DNA of 64,000 bases from an uncultured Gemmatimonadaceae bacterium (GTDB lineage: Bacteria; Gemmatimonadota; Gemmatimonadetes; Gemmatimonadales; Gemmatimonadaceae): NCBI GenBank assembly GCA_963829055.1, contig CAWHHI010000004.1, positions 288,001 to 352,000 on the forward strand, read 5' to 3'. Both the position numbers and the translations under genes were made by a program. This document shows, one piece after another, positions 49,676 through 62,259 of the stretch. Each line of letters starts with the position of its first letter. Within the stretch, counting starts at the first letter, position 1. The notes under the pieces were generated by a model. It saw only the letters and a list, made by a program, of their open reading frames with translations. It did no database searches and was not told where the DNA came from.

Positions 49676-50553
49676 TCAGTCGACTGCCTTGCCGAGCGCT
49701 GCGGGCTGCACGGCTCGTCCAACGACACCAGCCAGAGCGACGATGGTAAGCACGTACGGGATCATCTCAACGAACTGTGACGGAACGAGCTGCAAGCGAC
49801 TGCAAGCGGATCTGCATCGTCTCGGCAGCGGCGAACAGGAGACACGCGATCGTAACCCGTTTCGGATCCCACTTGCCGAAGATGACGGCTGCGAGCGCAA
49901 TGAAGCCACGCCCAGCCGTCATGCCGTCCGTGAACTGATGCTGATCGAGCGCCAGGTAGGCACCCGCCAGCGCGGCGCAGGCGCCCGATACCGCCACCGC
50001 CAGCCACCGAACGCGCTTCACCGGCACTCCAACCGACAACGCCGCCTCGGGCTTCTCGCCCGCCGCGCGGACGCGCAAGTCCGAACGGTGTACGATAGAG
50101 CAACCACGCCACCGCGACCATGGTGATAATACCGAGCCAGACGAGCGGGTTCGCAAGCGACGACAGCACCCCGCTCCGCACCTCCGCGCCGCCAAAGCCG
50201 GGGACCCGCGGCGAGTTCGACGAGCTGTCGAACGCGAGGCGGAGGAAGAACCGGGTGACGCCCACCGCGAGCAGGTTCATGGCGATGCCGACGACAACCT
50301 GGTCCGCGCGATAGCGAATCGTCGCCAGCGCATGCAGCAACGCCGCCACAGTCCGCCCGCGATCGCCGGCGAGGATCCCGACCCACGGTGAGCCCGAGTA
50401 GTAGCTCCCGAGCGTGGCGCAGAACGCCCCCGTGAGCATGAACCCCTCGAGCGTGAGCGCGATGATCCCCGCTCGCTCGGACACGATCCCGCCCGCGGCC
50501 GCGAACAGGTACGGCACCGCGATGCGCAGCGTCTGGATGAGAAACGCGATCAT
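49676..50553 (-). CDS. Nucleoside/sugar (CUT2) ABC transporter permease (frame breaks)
   Basis: AGGIVSERAGII..LEGFMLTGAF, ADQVVVG, RTPFGL, GMTAGRGFIALAAVIFGKW, MIPYVLT, PAALGK. Confidence 0.9.
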
Positions 50554-51756
50554 TCGAGGAACCGGGAACGGGGAACTGGGAACTGGGTCCCGGATTCACG
50601 GTTTCCGCGTTGCCGCGGCTGTCCCGTTCGCCGGCTCCCGCCGGTTCCCGGTTCCCGTCGACTCGCGCTCGCGAGCGCACGTCGGACTTCAGGCACGGCC
50701 GTCGCGACCGCGATGATGACGACCGCCGTCAGGACGTCCACCATCTGTTTGGGCACGAGCGCGTTCACGGCGAGCCCGCCCTGAGAGAGCGTCGCGAACA
50801 GCAGCGCCGCGATGATCACGCCCACGTGGGTGATTTCGACCCACCAGCGCGACCGCGATGCCCAGAAAGCCGCTGCCGGTACCGAAGCCTTCCTCGTAGT
50901 AGTGCTTGTAGCCGAGGACGTAGTTCAGGCCACCGAGGCCGGCGAGCGCACCGCTCAGGATCATGGTTCTGGCCCACACTGCGCCTACGCGAACGCCGCC
51001 GTATTCGGCCGCGTCGGGCTGCAGTCCCACGGCGCGAAGCTCGTAGCCGGGTCGCGTCCGGAACAGGTACCACCAGACAGCCGACCGCGGCGACGATCGC
51101 CAACAGGAACGTCGTATTGGCGGCCGAGCCGGCGAACATGGCGGAGACGGCGGCGAGCCGTGGCATTGCGCCGGCCTGCATTTCCGGCGTGTGCAGTGTT
51201 TCGGGGACGTGAATGTGCGCGGCGACAATGTAGTTCAGCAGCGCGAGCACGATGAAGTTGAGCATGATCGTGACGATCACTTCGCTCGCGCCGAAGCGCG
51301 CCTTGAGCACGCCCGGAATCGCGCCGACGACGCCACCTCCCGCGCCGGCCGCCACGATGCAGAGCAGAATCGCGATCACGGCCGGCGTTCCCGCGGGCAG
51401 CGACAGCCCGACGAGCGCCGCGAGAAAGCCGCCGCTCGCGAGCTGGCTCTCAGCGCCGATGTTGAACAGTCCGGCGCGGATACCGATCGCGACGGCGAGT
51501 CCGGTGAACGTCAGCGTGGTCGCCTTGTAGATGACCTGACCGAAGCCGTACGCATTGCCCCACGTGCCTTCGAGCAGCTGGCGGAAGACGTCGCCCGGTG
51601 ACTGCCCGAAGATGATGATGAGGATGTCGCCGACGACGGCCGCGATGAGCAGCGCGACGAGCGGCGGCAGAATCGATTCCTCGATGCGCGCACGCCACGC
51701 GCTCGCGTCGCGGACTCCGATTCTGCCGGTGCGATCTCGAGCGAGGGGTTCGTCAC
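50550..51756 (-). CDS. Nucleoside/sugar (CUT2) ABC transporter permease (frame breaks)
   Basis: AGLFNIGAESQ, LKARFGASEVIVTIMLNFI, GYELRAVG, SGALAGLGG, GFLGIAVALVGRNHP. Confidence 0.9.
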
Positions 51757-53399
51757 GCGGCGGTTCCGCTCGCGCCGGTCATGTAGGGTCCGAGGACTTC
51801 CGCGCTCGCGTCGCTGGCCGGGCAGCGTCACGACCATGCGGCCGCCGTACATGACGGTCACGCGATCGGAGAGCGCCAGAATCTCCACGAGGTCCGCAGA
51901 CACGAGCAGAATCGCCTTCCCCTCGGCCCGCGCGCGCCGCAGTTGGTCGTGAATGAACTCGATTGCGCCGACGTCCACGCCGCGCGTCGGCTGCGCCGCG
52001 ATCAACACCGTGAAGTCGCGCCCCATCTCGCGGGCGATGACGATCTTCTGCTGATTGCCGCCCGACAGCGCGCGCGACGGCAACGACTCGTCAGGCGGCC
52101 GGATGTCGAACGTCTGGATGCGACTCGCCGCGTTCGCGGCGATGCGCGCGTGATCGAGCACGCTGGCGCCGCCCGTGAACCGATGCTGTTGACCGAGGAT
52201 GAGATTGTCCGCCACCGAGTACTCGAGGACGAGCCCGCGGCGGTGGCGATCTTCGGGGATGTGCGAGAGCCCCGCGTCGGCGCGGCGCGCGCACGTCGCG
52301 CGTCGGTGATGTCGTGCTGCGTGCCGACCGAGGTCGACGATGCTGATGGTGCCCGACGCCGGCGCGCGAAGTCCGGTGATGGCTTCGATCAGCTCGGTCT
52401 GTCCGTTGCCCTCGACGCCGGCGATGCCGAGGATCTCGCCGCGCGCGATCGGTGAACGAGACGTTGTCTACCTCGTTAGGCTTGCGGCGGGAGGCGACGG
52501 TAAGGTTTGAAACGCCTGAGAGCGGGAACCGGGAACCGGGAAGCGGGAAGCGGGGCTGCTCGCAGCCCGCTGCTTGCAGCTCCGTCCCGGCTTCCCGCTT
52601 CCCGCTTCCCGTTCCAACGGCGACACCATCGATCGCGAGAACGACATCTCGGCCCACCATCATCCGTGCGATCGATCGCGGCGTCGCGTCGGCCGTCCTC
52701 ATTCGTCCCACCGTTCGCCCCGCGCGCATCACCGTGATCGTCTCCGAGATCTCGATCACCTCGTCCAGCTTGTGCGTGATGAGGATGACCGTATCCGCCG
52801 TCGTCGCGGAGACGACGCAGCACCTTCCACAGCTCACTCACCTCCGGTGGCGACAGCACCGCCGTCGGCTCGTCGAGAATCGAGGATCTTCGCGCCGCGG
52901 TAGAGCGTCTTCAGAATCTCGACACGCTGCGCTTCGCCGACCGAGAGCTCCGAGACGAGCCGCGACGGGTCCACTCGCAAGCCCCGTGCGCTCGCTCAGC
53001 GCACGCACTTCGCGCTCGGCGGCGCTGAGATCGAGCGAGAGACCGCGTCGCAGCTCGCGGCCGAGGATCAGATTCTCCGCGACCGTGAGCGTGGGCACGA
53101 GCATGAAATGCTGGTGCACCATGCCGACGCCGGCGTCGATCGCTTCGCGCGTCGTCCAGCCCGTGACGTCGCGCAGGGCGCCGCCGGAGGTCGCGACTTC
53201 GACCGACGCCGCCGTCGGGCGGATACATGCCCGCGAGCACCCGCATGAGCGTCGACTTGCCGGCGCCGTTCTCGCCGACGAGCGCGTGAATCTCGCCCGA
53301 CGCGACCTCGAGGTCCGCGCCGGCGTTCGCGACGACCGGCCCGAATCGCTTGACGACGCCCGTCATCCGAACCGCGGTCGATCGGCTCATCGCGATCAT
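51753..53399 (-). CDS. Nucleoside/sugar (CUT2) ABC transporter ATP-binding protein, two NBDs (frame breaks)
   Basis: [64 protein letters not shown]. Confidence 0.92.
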
Positions 53400-53406
53400 C
53401 GCGTGC

Positions 53407-54446
53407 TCACCGAGTACTCGGCACGGTGATCTTGCCGGCGACGATCTCGGCCTGCAGCTCCTGGAGTCGCGTTCGCACGGAGTCCGGAATGAGCGCGCTG
53501 TTGTTCGCGTCGTACACGTAGCCGACGCCACCTTCGGCGAGCCCGAACTGGTAGATGCCGCCGCGGAACGAGCCGTCCTTCGCGCGGCGAATGGCGTCGA
53601 ACACGGCGGCGTCCACGCCCTTCACCATCGACGTCAGCACGTAGCCGGGCGCCTCCGCGAACTGATCGGCGTCCACGCCGATCGCGAGCTTGTGAGACGA
53701 TCGCGCGGCCTCGAACACACCGAGGCCCGTGGACCCGGAGGCGTGGAAGATGATGTTCACGCCCGACTGGTACTGGCTGAGCGCGAGCTCTTTCCCACGG
53801 CCCGGATTGCGAAACGCTTCCGGCGTGACACCGGCATACTGCGCGATCACTGTGCAGTCGGGGCACACATGCTTCACGCCGGCGCGGTAGCCTGCTTCGA
53901 ACTTGTGAATGAGCGGGATGTCCATCCCGCCCACGAACCCGACCTTCTTCGAGCCGCCGACGAGCGCAGCCAGTGCGCCGACGAGGAACGAGCCCTGTTC
54001 CTCGCGGAATTTGAGTGCGGCGAGGTTCGACGGCGGCTCGATCGTGTTGCCCTGCGGCGTCCGTCGCCGACGGCGTAGTCGACGCCTGCGAACTTGACGT
54101 TCGGGTATTCCTTCGCGAGCTGCGTGAGGTCATCGGTGAAGATGAAGCCGACGCCGATCACGACGTCCATCCCCTCGGCCGCCAGAAGCCGGAGCCCCGC
54201 CTCGCGGTCGGAGCCTTCGCCCGGCTCGATGAACCGCACGCGTGCGCCGAGCTGTCGTTCCGCGCGCTCCGCGCCGAGGTAGGCACCGTCGTTGAACGAC
54301 TTGTCGCCGCGACCGCCGACGTCGAACACGATGCCGACGTCGACGGCGTCGCCCACCGGCGCGGGCGTCGCACCGCGCGGACGCACGAAGAGGAGCGCGA
54401 CGTGCACCACGAGGAGCACGCCAAGGAGGGACAGAAGCCGTTTCAT
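53407..54446 (-). CDS. BMP-family ABC substrate-binding protein (frame breaks near 54040-54075)
   Basis: [59 protein letters not shown]. Confidence 0.92.
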
Positions 54447-54512
54447 CGCGGGGATAGAATCGTTCGGCGAAGCAGGCGAAGGGAAGGGAAACGCCGAACG
54501 ACTATCAGTGCG

Positions 54513-55748
54513 CTACCTGTTGGCCGCCTCGAGCTTCCACAGACCGTTCAGCATGTCGGACGCGTAGACGTAGCTGCCGTCGAAATGCACACCCCAGACG
54601 AAGACGTTGCCGTTCGTGAGCCCGGCCGCCAGCTCGCGGCCCATCTTCTTGAGGTCGCAGCGTCCGTCGGCCGACTTCTGGTCAGCCGTGCACGACGTGA
54701 GGTCGCCGCGAACATCGAGCGCGCGAACACCGGCGTTGTAGTAGGCCGCGTACAGGATCCCGCGCTGCTCGTCAACCGAGAAGTTGTGCGTCCCGGCGTT
54801 GTCCACGTGGTAGAACGCGACTTCTTTCGGCGCCGCCATGTTGGTCAGGTCGACGACGTGAACGTCGCCGTTCGACGCGCTGAGCAGTGGTCCGTTCCCG
54901 GGTGCTTCCTCGCCGACGAACAGGAACCGTTTCGCGTTCGCGCCGCCATTCGGGTCCTGGAACCACCACACGTTATGCGCCTCGCTTCCCCCTCCGGCTG
55001 CCGCATACGCCGCCGTGCGAACGTTGCCGATCTGCACGGGATTCGCCGGGCTCCCGCCCTTGCCTCCGCCACCAATGTCCCAGATGGTGACGCCGTCGTC
55101 CCAGAGGGCCGTGAACAGCAAGCCATCGCGAACGAACACGTCGTGCACGTACGGGTGAGCCCATGACGCGCACGAGCACTTCGCGTGGGTTGGACGGGTC
55201 CGACAGGTCGACGATGACGAGACGCGCCGTCGGCGTGTCGATCGAGAGGAACCCGTAGAGCGTCCCGTTGACGCGCGCGAGCTCCGCCGTGTGGACGCCG
55301 TTGCTCGTGTTCGCCGTCTGATACCGTGTGCGCTGCACAGGCTTGAGCGGGTTCGTGAGGTCGTAGATGACGATGGACCCGTTCGCACGCTCAGTCGCCA
55401 CGAGCAGCAGCTTGCCGTCGTCCGACACCTGCACGTCGCCGAGTGTGGTCGCGTTCTCGACGATGAGCGAGTCGACGAGCACCGGTGACGCGCCCGCGAT
55501 GTTCCAGATGTGGATGGCGTTGCCGAACGTGAGCCCGCGCTTACCCCACGTGGACGTGTACGCGACGTTGCCGCGCGTCCACACTTCGGCCATGTAGCGC
55601 GCGGTCATGTCACCGCGGCCGATGCTCGACAGGGCGGGACCACTAAAGGGCCGGTCCCAGTCGAGGAGTCGGAGCCGCAAGCAGCCACCAGCGTGGCGAG
55701 AGCGGGGACGGCAAGGCGCGCCAGGCGATGAGACAGAAGATTCATCAT
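54513..55748 (-). CDS. LVIVD-repeat beta-propeller lipoprotein (frame breaks)
   Basis: Lipobox-like VAACG; LVIVDLSDPSNP, YVHDVFVRDG, VTIWDI, AHNVWW, HVVDLTN, THNF, YNAGVRALDV, SDMLNGLW. Confidence 0.8.
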
Positions 55749-55812
55749 TGAGACGTGGCTACGGGAAGTCGTTAGGTCAGCGAGCCGACGAGATTGGCGG
55801 CGGACGCGGGCT

Positions 55813-57141
55813 TCAGTGAACATGTCCCGCCGCCTCCGTCGGTGTCGACGGCGACGGAGCGTTAGGCATCGCGACGCCATACCGGCCCATGCGGTGTACC
55901 ATCCGGCCTGACCCCGAGTCGGACGCCGAGTGACACGCTCCAGATGGACGAGGCGCCGTAGAAATCCTGCGGGACGAACGCCGAGGGGCTGATCTCCTCG
56001 CGCGGACGCGCATACGCGACTTCCGCGAATGGCGCAATGTCGACGCCGCGGACGGGAATCGGTAGGCTGAACGCGGCCGAGGCAATCCGCCACCGCGTTA
56101 TGCCAATGATCGAGAGGTCGGTTGGCGACCGCGAGTATCGAAACGGATCGAGCAGTCGCTCTTCCTCCGGGCGCGTCGTGTTCTCGAACCGCACACTCAC
56201 GGTCGCCGTTCGTACGGCTGCCGTGCCTTCGGCGAGGAACGACGTGAAGTCATTCGTCTGGACGTCGCCGAACAGCTCGTACGTTCGCGCCCACTCCACG
56301 AGCGCGCCTCGCAGTGCGCCGCGGTCGCGCTCCAGCCGCGCACCGACACTCCATTTGCGCTGATCGAGTCCGTCACCCGACGCCAACTCCGGTGACGTCA
56401 CCGATGCGAAGCTCCCCTCGATCTCGATCCCGGCGCGGGCGCTGACCGTCCCGCGCGCCGCCCATGAGTCACCGAATCGACTGGCGTCGGGCGGCGCGCC
56501 GGGGCTCACCGGCTCGTCGCCGTTGAAGAACGCACCCTCGAGCATCACCCGCCCTCGGCGCACGGCGCCGATGGCCACGTACCGCTCGAGTATCTGCGCG
56601 AGGTGGTGATTCACCGGGTAGGCGGCGAACGGGCGCATCATGGGATCATCGGTGCCGAACGGGACAAAGCCCTTACCTCCAGCGACTGATACCCCGATTC
56701 CCCCAAAGGTCCCGCTCGCCGCGACGATCGCTTCGTGAAGGTACGTATGCGGATGACGGCGGTCCGCATAGCCTTCGCCGTACGTGCCAGCGTTGAGCTG
56801 ACCGCGGTCGAGGGTCAGGCCCTCGAAGTCCAGCGTGAGCACCCCGCTCGAGGTGCCCGGACATGACGCTCCCGTGCGCCATGATCACGGGTTGCGCGAG
56901 GTAGCCCTCGGTATACCGGCGGTTTTCTGGCCCCGGATCGAGCCGGGTCACCAGCCCAATCGCCTGAGCTCGAACGCTGCCGGTCGCTCGCGAGGAAGAG
57001 TCGGGGGCCTCCATACCGGCCATGGTCCCCATCTGCGCGCGCGCTGGGGCGACCGACGCTGCGATCGCGCACGTGGCCATTGTGGCGATGACCGTGGTCG
57101 CGACTCGAATGTACCACCCCCACCTAACGATCGCCGCTCAT
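55813..57141 (-). CDS. Hypothetical secreted/outer-membrane protein (frame breaks; start approximate)
   Basis: Signal ..APARAQ, MGTMAGM, YGEGYADRRHPHTYLHE, PFGTDDPMMRP, NHHLAQILER, alternating beta-strand patterns, ends HRMGRYG...GHVH. Confidence 0.65.
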
Positions 57142-57246
57142 CCGAGCGTCGAGCGAGCGTGGAGCGAGTGTGCGGATGTCAGCGGAGCGACGGATATGTG
57201 AACCCCGATTCGGCAGTATCGGAACGCGCAGAACCACCGAAAGGTC

Positions 57247-57295
57247 GCGCCGGGCCACGACCGCCGAAAGGGCGAGGTCGGTCGTGGCCCGGCGC
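57247..57295. terminator. Strong hairpin, possible terminator of the upstream minus-strand small gene
   Basis: Perfect 17-bp stem GCGCCGGGCCACGACCG/CGGTCGTGGCCCGGCGC, 8 nt after the stop at 57304; no clear U-tract. Confidence 0.5.
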
Positions 57296-57303
57296 ATGGC
57301 TGC

Positions 57304-57522
57304 TTAGCCGTTCAACTCGTCCTCGTGTCCCGTGATGCGGTGCGATGACGTGCCCGTCTGCTCTACGTCAGGCTGCGTGGCGTCGTTCTTCTCCTTCTGT
57401 GACTGTGCGAACTCCTCCTTGTCATTGTCCATCAGCCTGGACTTCTCCTGCACATCCAGCTTGATGGTCCCGCCCGACTCAGGGCGCTTCGCTTTCAAGG
57501 CGTTCGATGGCTTGGAGCCCAT
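57304..57522 (-). CDS. Small hydrophilic hypothetical protein (72 aa)
   Basis: AGAGG RBS before ATG at 57522; MGSKPSNALKAKRPESGGTIKLDVQEKSRL...; GC3-rich codons; hairpin downstream. Confidence 0.6.
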   Translation of the reverse strand: MGSKPSNALKAKRPESGGTIKLDVQEKSRLMDNDKEEFAQSQKEKNDATQPDVEQTGTSSHRITGHEDELNG

Positions 57523-57830
57523 GGGTTTCCTCTGCGAATTGGGTAGTGCAGGCAAGGTCACGAATCATGCCGCCCATACTGCGTACGACCATCGTGCCTC
57601 GGCGGCCGAGCTCGGCGCTGTTAATCTCGCGTTAGGGTTGGAACGTGAGTGAACGGTCCGGTCCGGCATCGTGTCCCCACAGTCGATCACTGCTGCGAGC
57701 GCCCTATCCCACAATCGTTGCTGCACTACGTCGCACCGTCTATCTGCTCGGTTCATCCGCGCCGATCAGGTGTGTTCGAGGTGTCCATGGGACGCTGAAC
57801 AATCGGCGCACGAACGAAGGAGGAGCCACG

Positions 57831-60800
57831 ATGAAGCGAACACTTCGTCGAATTCTCGTTGCTGCCGCCGCGCTGACCGCACCACTGGTCGCCGCAGGTG
57901 CGCAAGCGACCGGCACAATCACCGGCCGGGTTACCGACCGCGCGACGCAGGCAGCGCATTGGCGACGCGCAGGTACTGGTAGTCGGCACGACTCGCGGGG
58001 CGCGTACGAACGACGCTGGGCAGTACCGACTCCCCGGAGTCGCCGCCGGTCCAGGTGCGCATCCGTGTCCTCAGACTCGGCTACGAAGCCGAGACGCGCA
58101 CGGTTGACGTCAATGCCAACGGGACCGCTACCGCCGACTTCGCACTCGGTGCGACGGCGACGCGCCTCGATCAGGTCGTCGTCAGCGCGACGGGAGAATC
58201 GGAGGTCAGGCGCGAATCGGGCAACAACATCGCGACCATTAATACGGATTCCATTCCGAAGACGGTCGTGAACGGCGTGAGCGATCTGCTGTCATCGCGC
58301 GCCGCGAACGTCATCGTGACGCAGACGAGCGGCACGACGGGCGGTGGCTCGCGCATCCGTATCCGCGGGTCGAACAGCCTCTCGTTGTCGAACGAGCCAC
58401 TGATCATCATCGATGGCGTTCGCGCGATCAGCGACGTGTCCGGCTCGACGATCGACATCGGCGGTCAGAATCCGAGCCGCCTCGACGATCTGAATCCGGA
58501 AGACATCGATGACATCGAGATCATCAAGGGGCCCGCGGCGGCGGCGCTCTATGGTACGGCGGCCGCGAACGGCGTCGTGCAGATCACGACCAAGCGCGGC
58601 CGCTCCGGCAAGACCAAGTGGACCGGGTACGCCGACGGCGGAACCGTCCGTGAGTCACGGCGTTTCCCGCCAACTTCGGCAGCGTCGGCCTAACGCCGAG
58701 CGGGCGTCGTACGACGGGCTGCAGCATCTGACGCCGAGCTGTCCGGGCTCTGCACGCCGAAGGCGGACTCGCTGATCAGCTTCAATCCGCTCGAGCAGGC
58801 CGGCCCGTTCGTCAACGGGTGGCGCAACGAGTTCGGGGCCAGCGCGAGCGGCGGAAACGAGCAGACGCAGTTCTACCTCGGCGGCGACTTCGGCCGCGAG
58901 CAGGGCGTGTACCCCAACAACGAAGTGCGTCGCACGCGGCATCCGCGCCAACCTAACGAGCCAGCTCGGCCCCAAGCTCGATGTCGGCGTGCACGCCGGC
59001 TACAACCAGGCGCGGCTCAAGCTGCCGCAGAACGACAACAACGATCTGAGCCCGATCGCGAACGGCATCTTCGGGAGCGCCGAGGATGATCCGGACCTCC
59101 GCGGGAACCTGTTCTATCCCGGTGAGCGTGATCAACGCAGATCTACACGGCGCAGAACACCGATCGCATGACGTTCTCGGGCAACGGCAACTGGCGTCCG
59201 CTGCCGTGGCTGAGCGTCGTGGGTGTGACGGGCCTCGACTACGCTGGGCGCACTGACCTGCAGGTCATTCCAGCCGGGCTCATTCCCGAGCCGGATCGCC
59301 GCGCGATCGGGTAACGCGACTTCCAATCCGTACAGCTTCTGGACGTACACGGCCAACGTGAACGGGACGGCGTCCTACATGCTGGGTTCGATGCCGCGTC
59401 GACGTCCATCGGCACGCAGTACAACAAGGAGACGGTGAACGGAACGCAGGCAGCGGGTGAAGGCCTCGCTGCCGGATCGAGCTCGGTTGCAGGTACGACG
59501 TCCGGATTCGCCGCCACGCAGCAGAACAGCGACATCATCACGCTCGGCGGGTACCTGCAGCAAAAGCTGTCGTGGCGCGACCGCCTGTATCTCACCGCCG
59601 CGGTGCGTGGTGACGACAACAGCTCGTTCGGCCAGGACTTCAAGCTGGTGTACTATCCGTCGGCGAGCCTCTCGTGGGTGATCGGCGACGAGTCGTGGTT
59701 CCCGAAGATCAATGCCATCAGCTCGCTCCGGCTGCGCGGGTCGGTCGGCCAGTCGGGTCAGCGCCCCGGATTCCGGAACGCCGTGTCGTTCTACCAGGCC
59801 GTCGGCGTTAGGCGCGAAGTCGGCGACGTCGGCGCGCTGGAGCTCGGCGCGAACATCGGGAACAACGAGCTCAAGCCCGAGCTGTCCACGGAATACGAGG
59901 GCGGGCTCGACCTCGGCATTCTCAACAGCCGCGTCTCGCTCGAGCTGACGTACTACAACAAGTCCACGAAGGACGCGCTCATTCAGCGTCAGCTCGCGCC
60001 GTCGACCGGCGCGCAGACGCGCTTCGAGAACCTCGGCGAGGTCACGAACAAGGGCGTCGAAGGCACGCTCAACGCCGCCGTGCGTCGACGCCGACAACTT
60101 CAAGTGGAACGTGACGCTGAACGGGTCGGTCAACAGCAACCGCCTCGTCACGCTCGGCGCTGGCGTCGACACGATCTTCCTCGGACTCGGCGCCGTCGAC
60201 GGCAACGCCATTCAGCGATTCGTCGAAGGCCAGCCCACCGCCGGCTACTGGCAGCGTCCGCTGATCTCGTGGCAGGACAAGAACAACGACGGTGTGATCA
60301 GCCCGATCGGTTGTGGCCCGACGTCGGCCGACGACACGCGCGGACTGCGAAGTGCAGATCGGCGACAACGTCGCCTATCTCGGCAATCCGCTGCCGAAGC
60401 GTGAGGTTCACTCTGAACACGAACTTCACGCTGTTCAAGTACTTCCGGCGTCGGCGGCGTGGTCGATCATCGCGGCGGCTACACGCTGTACAACGCCACG
60501 GAGCAGTTCCGCTGCGTCACGTTCCAGACGTGCCAGGCCGCGTACGACAAGAAGGCGCCGCTGGACGATCAGGCGGCGCGCATCGCGTCGCTGCTGGGCA
60601 CGGACGCCGGCTACGTCGAGGATGCGTCGTTCGTGAAGCTGCGCGAAGTCGTCGCTGACGCTGCTCGCGCCTAACGACTGGGCGAAGCGCGTCGGCACGT
60701 CGAACCTCTCGCTCACGCTCGCCGGCCGCAACCTCGCGACGTGGACCGACTACAAGGGCTTCGACCCGGAGCTGAACTGGAACGGCAGCTCGAACTTCAG

Positions 60801-60867
60801 CACGGCCGATTTCCTCACGCAGCCGCCGGTTCGCTACTTCACGGCGCGCTTGTCGTTCGCCTGGTAA
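57831..60867 (+). CDS. SusC/RagA-family TonB-linked outer membrane protein (frame breaks)
   Basis: GAAGGAGG RBS; TGTITGRVTD, SGTTGGGSRIRIRGSNSL, PLIIIDGV, LNPEDIDDIEIIKGPAAAALYGTAAANGV, AVRGDDNSSFG, ELKPE, TDYKGFDPE; ends in aromatic W. Confidence 0.93.
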
Positions 60868-60902
60868 TCCTCGAATATCGAACCTAACGAGGATCGACAT
60901 AG

Positions 60903-62257
60903 ATGACTTCAACTCACGTGACACGCACGCGGGCGCTCGCGATGCAGGGCGTGCTGTTAGGCGCCCTGCTCGCCGCCGCGTGCGACCCGAACAAGGCGCT
61001 CGACGTCAAGGACATCGACGTCGTGCAGCCCGGCCAGATCAACGACAAGTCGGCGCTGCCCGACCTTCGCAACGGCGTGTTGTCGACATTCCAGCTCGCG
61101 TTCAGTGGCGGAGCCGACCTCGCCAACGGCGGCCACGAGGGCCAGGTGAACATGTCCGGGCTGCTCGGCGACGAGTTTCTGAACGCCGAGAGCTTCCCGG
61201 ATCGCGTGTCGCGTCGACATGCGCGACATCATTCCGTCGAACCTGTCGCTCGTCTCGCTCTTTCTCGACCTGAGCCGCGCCCGAGCGACCGGCGACTTCG
61301 CATCGACGCAGCTACAACACTCTCGACGCCGGCGCCGACGGACAGTCGGAGGTGCTCAGCCTCGCCGCGTATCGCCTACGTCCTGTTCGGCGAGAACTAC
61401 TGCTCGGGTGTTCCGTTCAGCACGGCTGACGCTCGACCGGCAACATCGAGTACGGGGATCCGCAGACTCGCGACCAGGTCCTGCAGACCGCCGTCGCGAA
61501 GTTCGACTCGGCCATCACGATCGCGACGGCACAGGAGAACGCCGACCTGCTGAATCTCGCGCGCGTCGGCAAGGCGCGCGCGCTGCTCGATCTCGGCCAG
61601 TTCGCCAACGCCGCGACGGCGGCCGCAGCCGGTGCCGACGTCGCTTCCAGTATCTCATTCGCAGCTCGTCGAACAGCCTGCGCCAGAACAACGGTATCTG
61701 GAACTACACGGCGAACACGCTTCGCGTTCAGCGTGCCTGATCGCGAGGGCGGGAACGGACTGCCGTACCTGACCGCGAAGGATCCACGTCTCGACGGTCG
61801 TCGCGACCGGCCAGCGCGGGTTCGACCGCGCGACGCCGTTCAATCTGCAGCTCAAGTATCCGGATCTAGCAGGCGAACGTCGTGCTGGCTCGACGGCATC
61901 GAGGCGCGTCTCATCCAGGCCGAAGCGGCGTTCCGCGCCGGAACGCCCGGCCCGGCGTTCGCGACGCTGAACGCGCTCCGTGCGATCGCCGGCCTCGCTC
62001 CGCTCACGGATCCCGGAAGCGAGTCGGCGCGCACGAATCTGCTGTTCCGCGAGCGCGCATTCTGGATGTGGGGCACCGCGCACCGCCTGGGCGACATGCG
62101 CCGGCTCGTGCGCCAGTACGCGCGTGCGCAGGACACCGTCTTCCCGACGGGCGAGTACCACAAGGGCGGCGAGTACGGCAGTGACGTGAACTTCCCGGTG
62201 TCCAGCGACGAGCGAAACAACCCGAAGTTCACGGGGTGTATCGATCGTTCCGCGTAG
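60903..62257 (+). CDS. SusD/RagB-family lipoprotein (frame breaks)
   Basis: Lipobox [71 protein letters not shown]. Confidence 0.9.
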
Positions 62258-62259
62258 CC

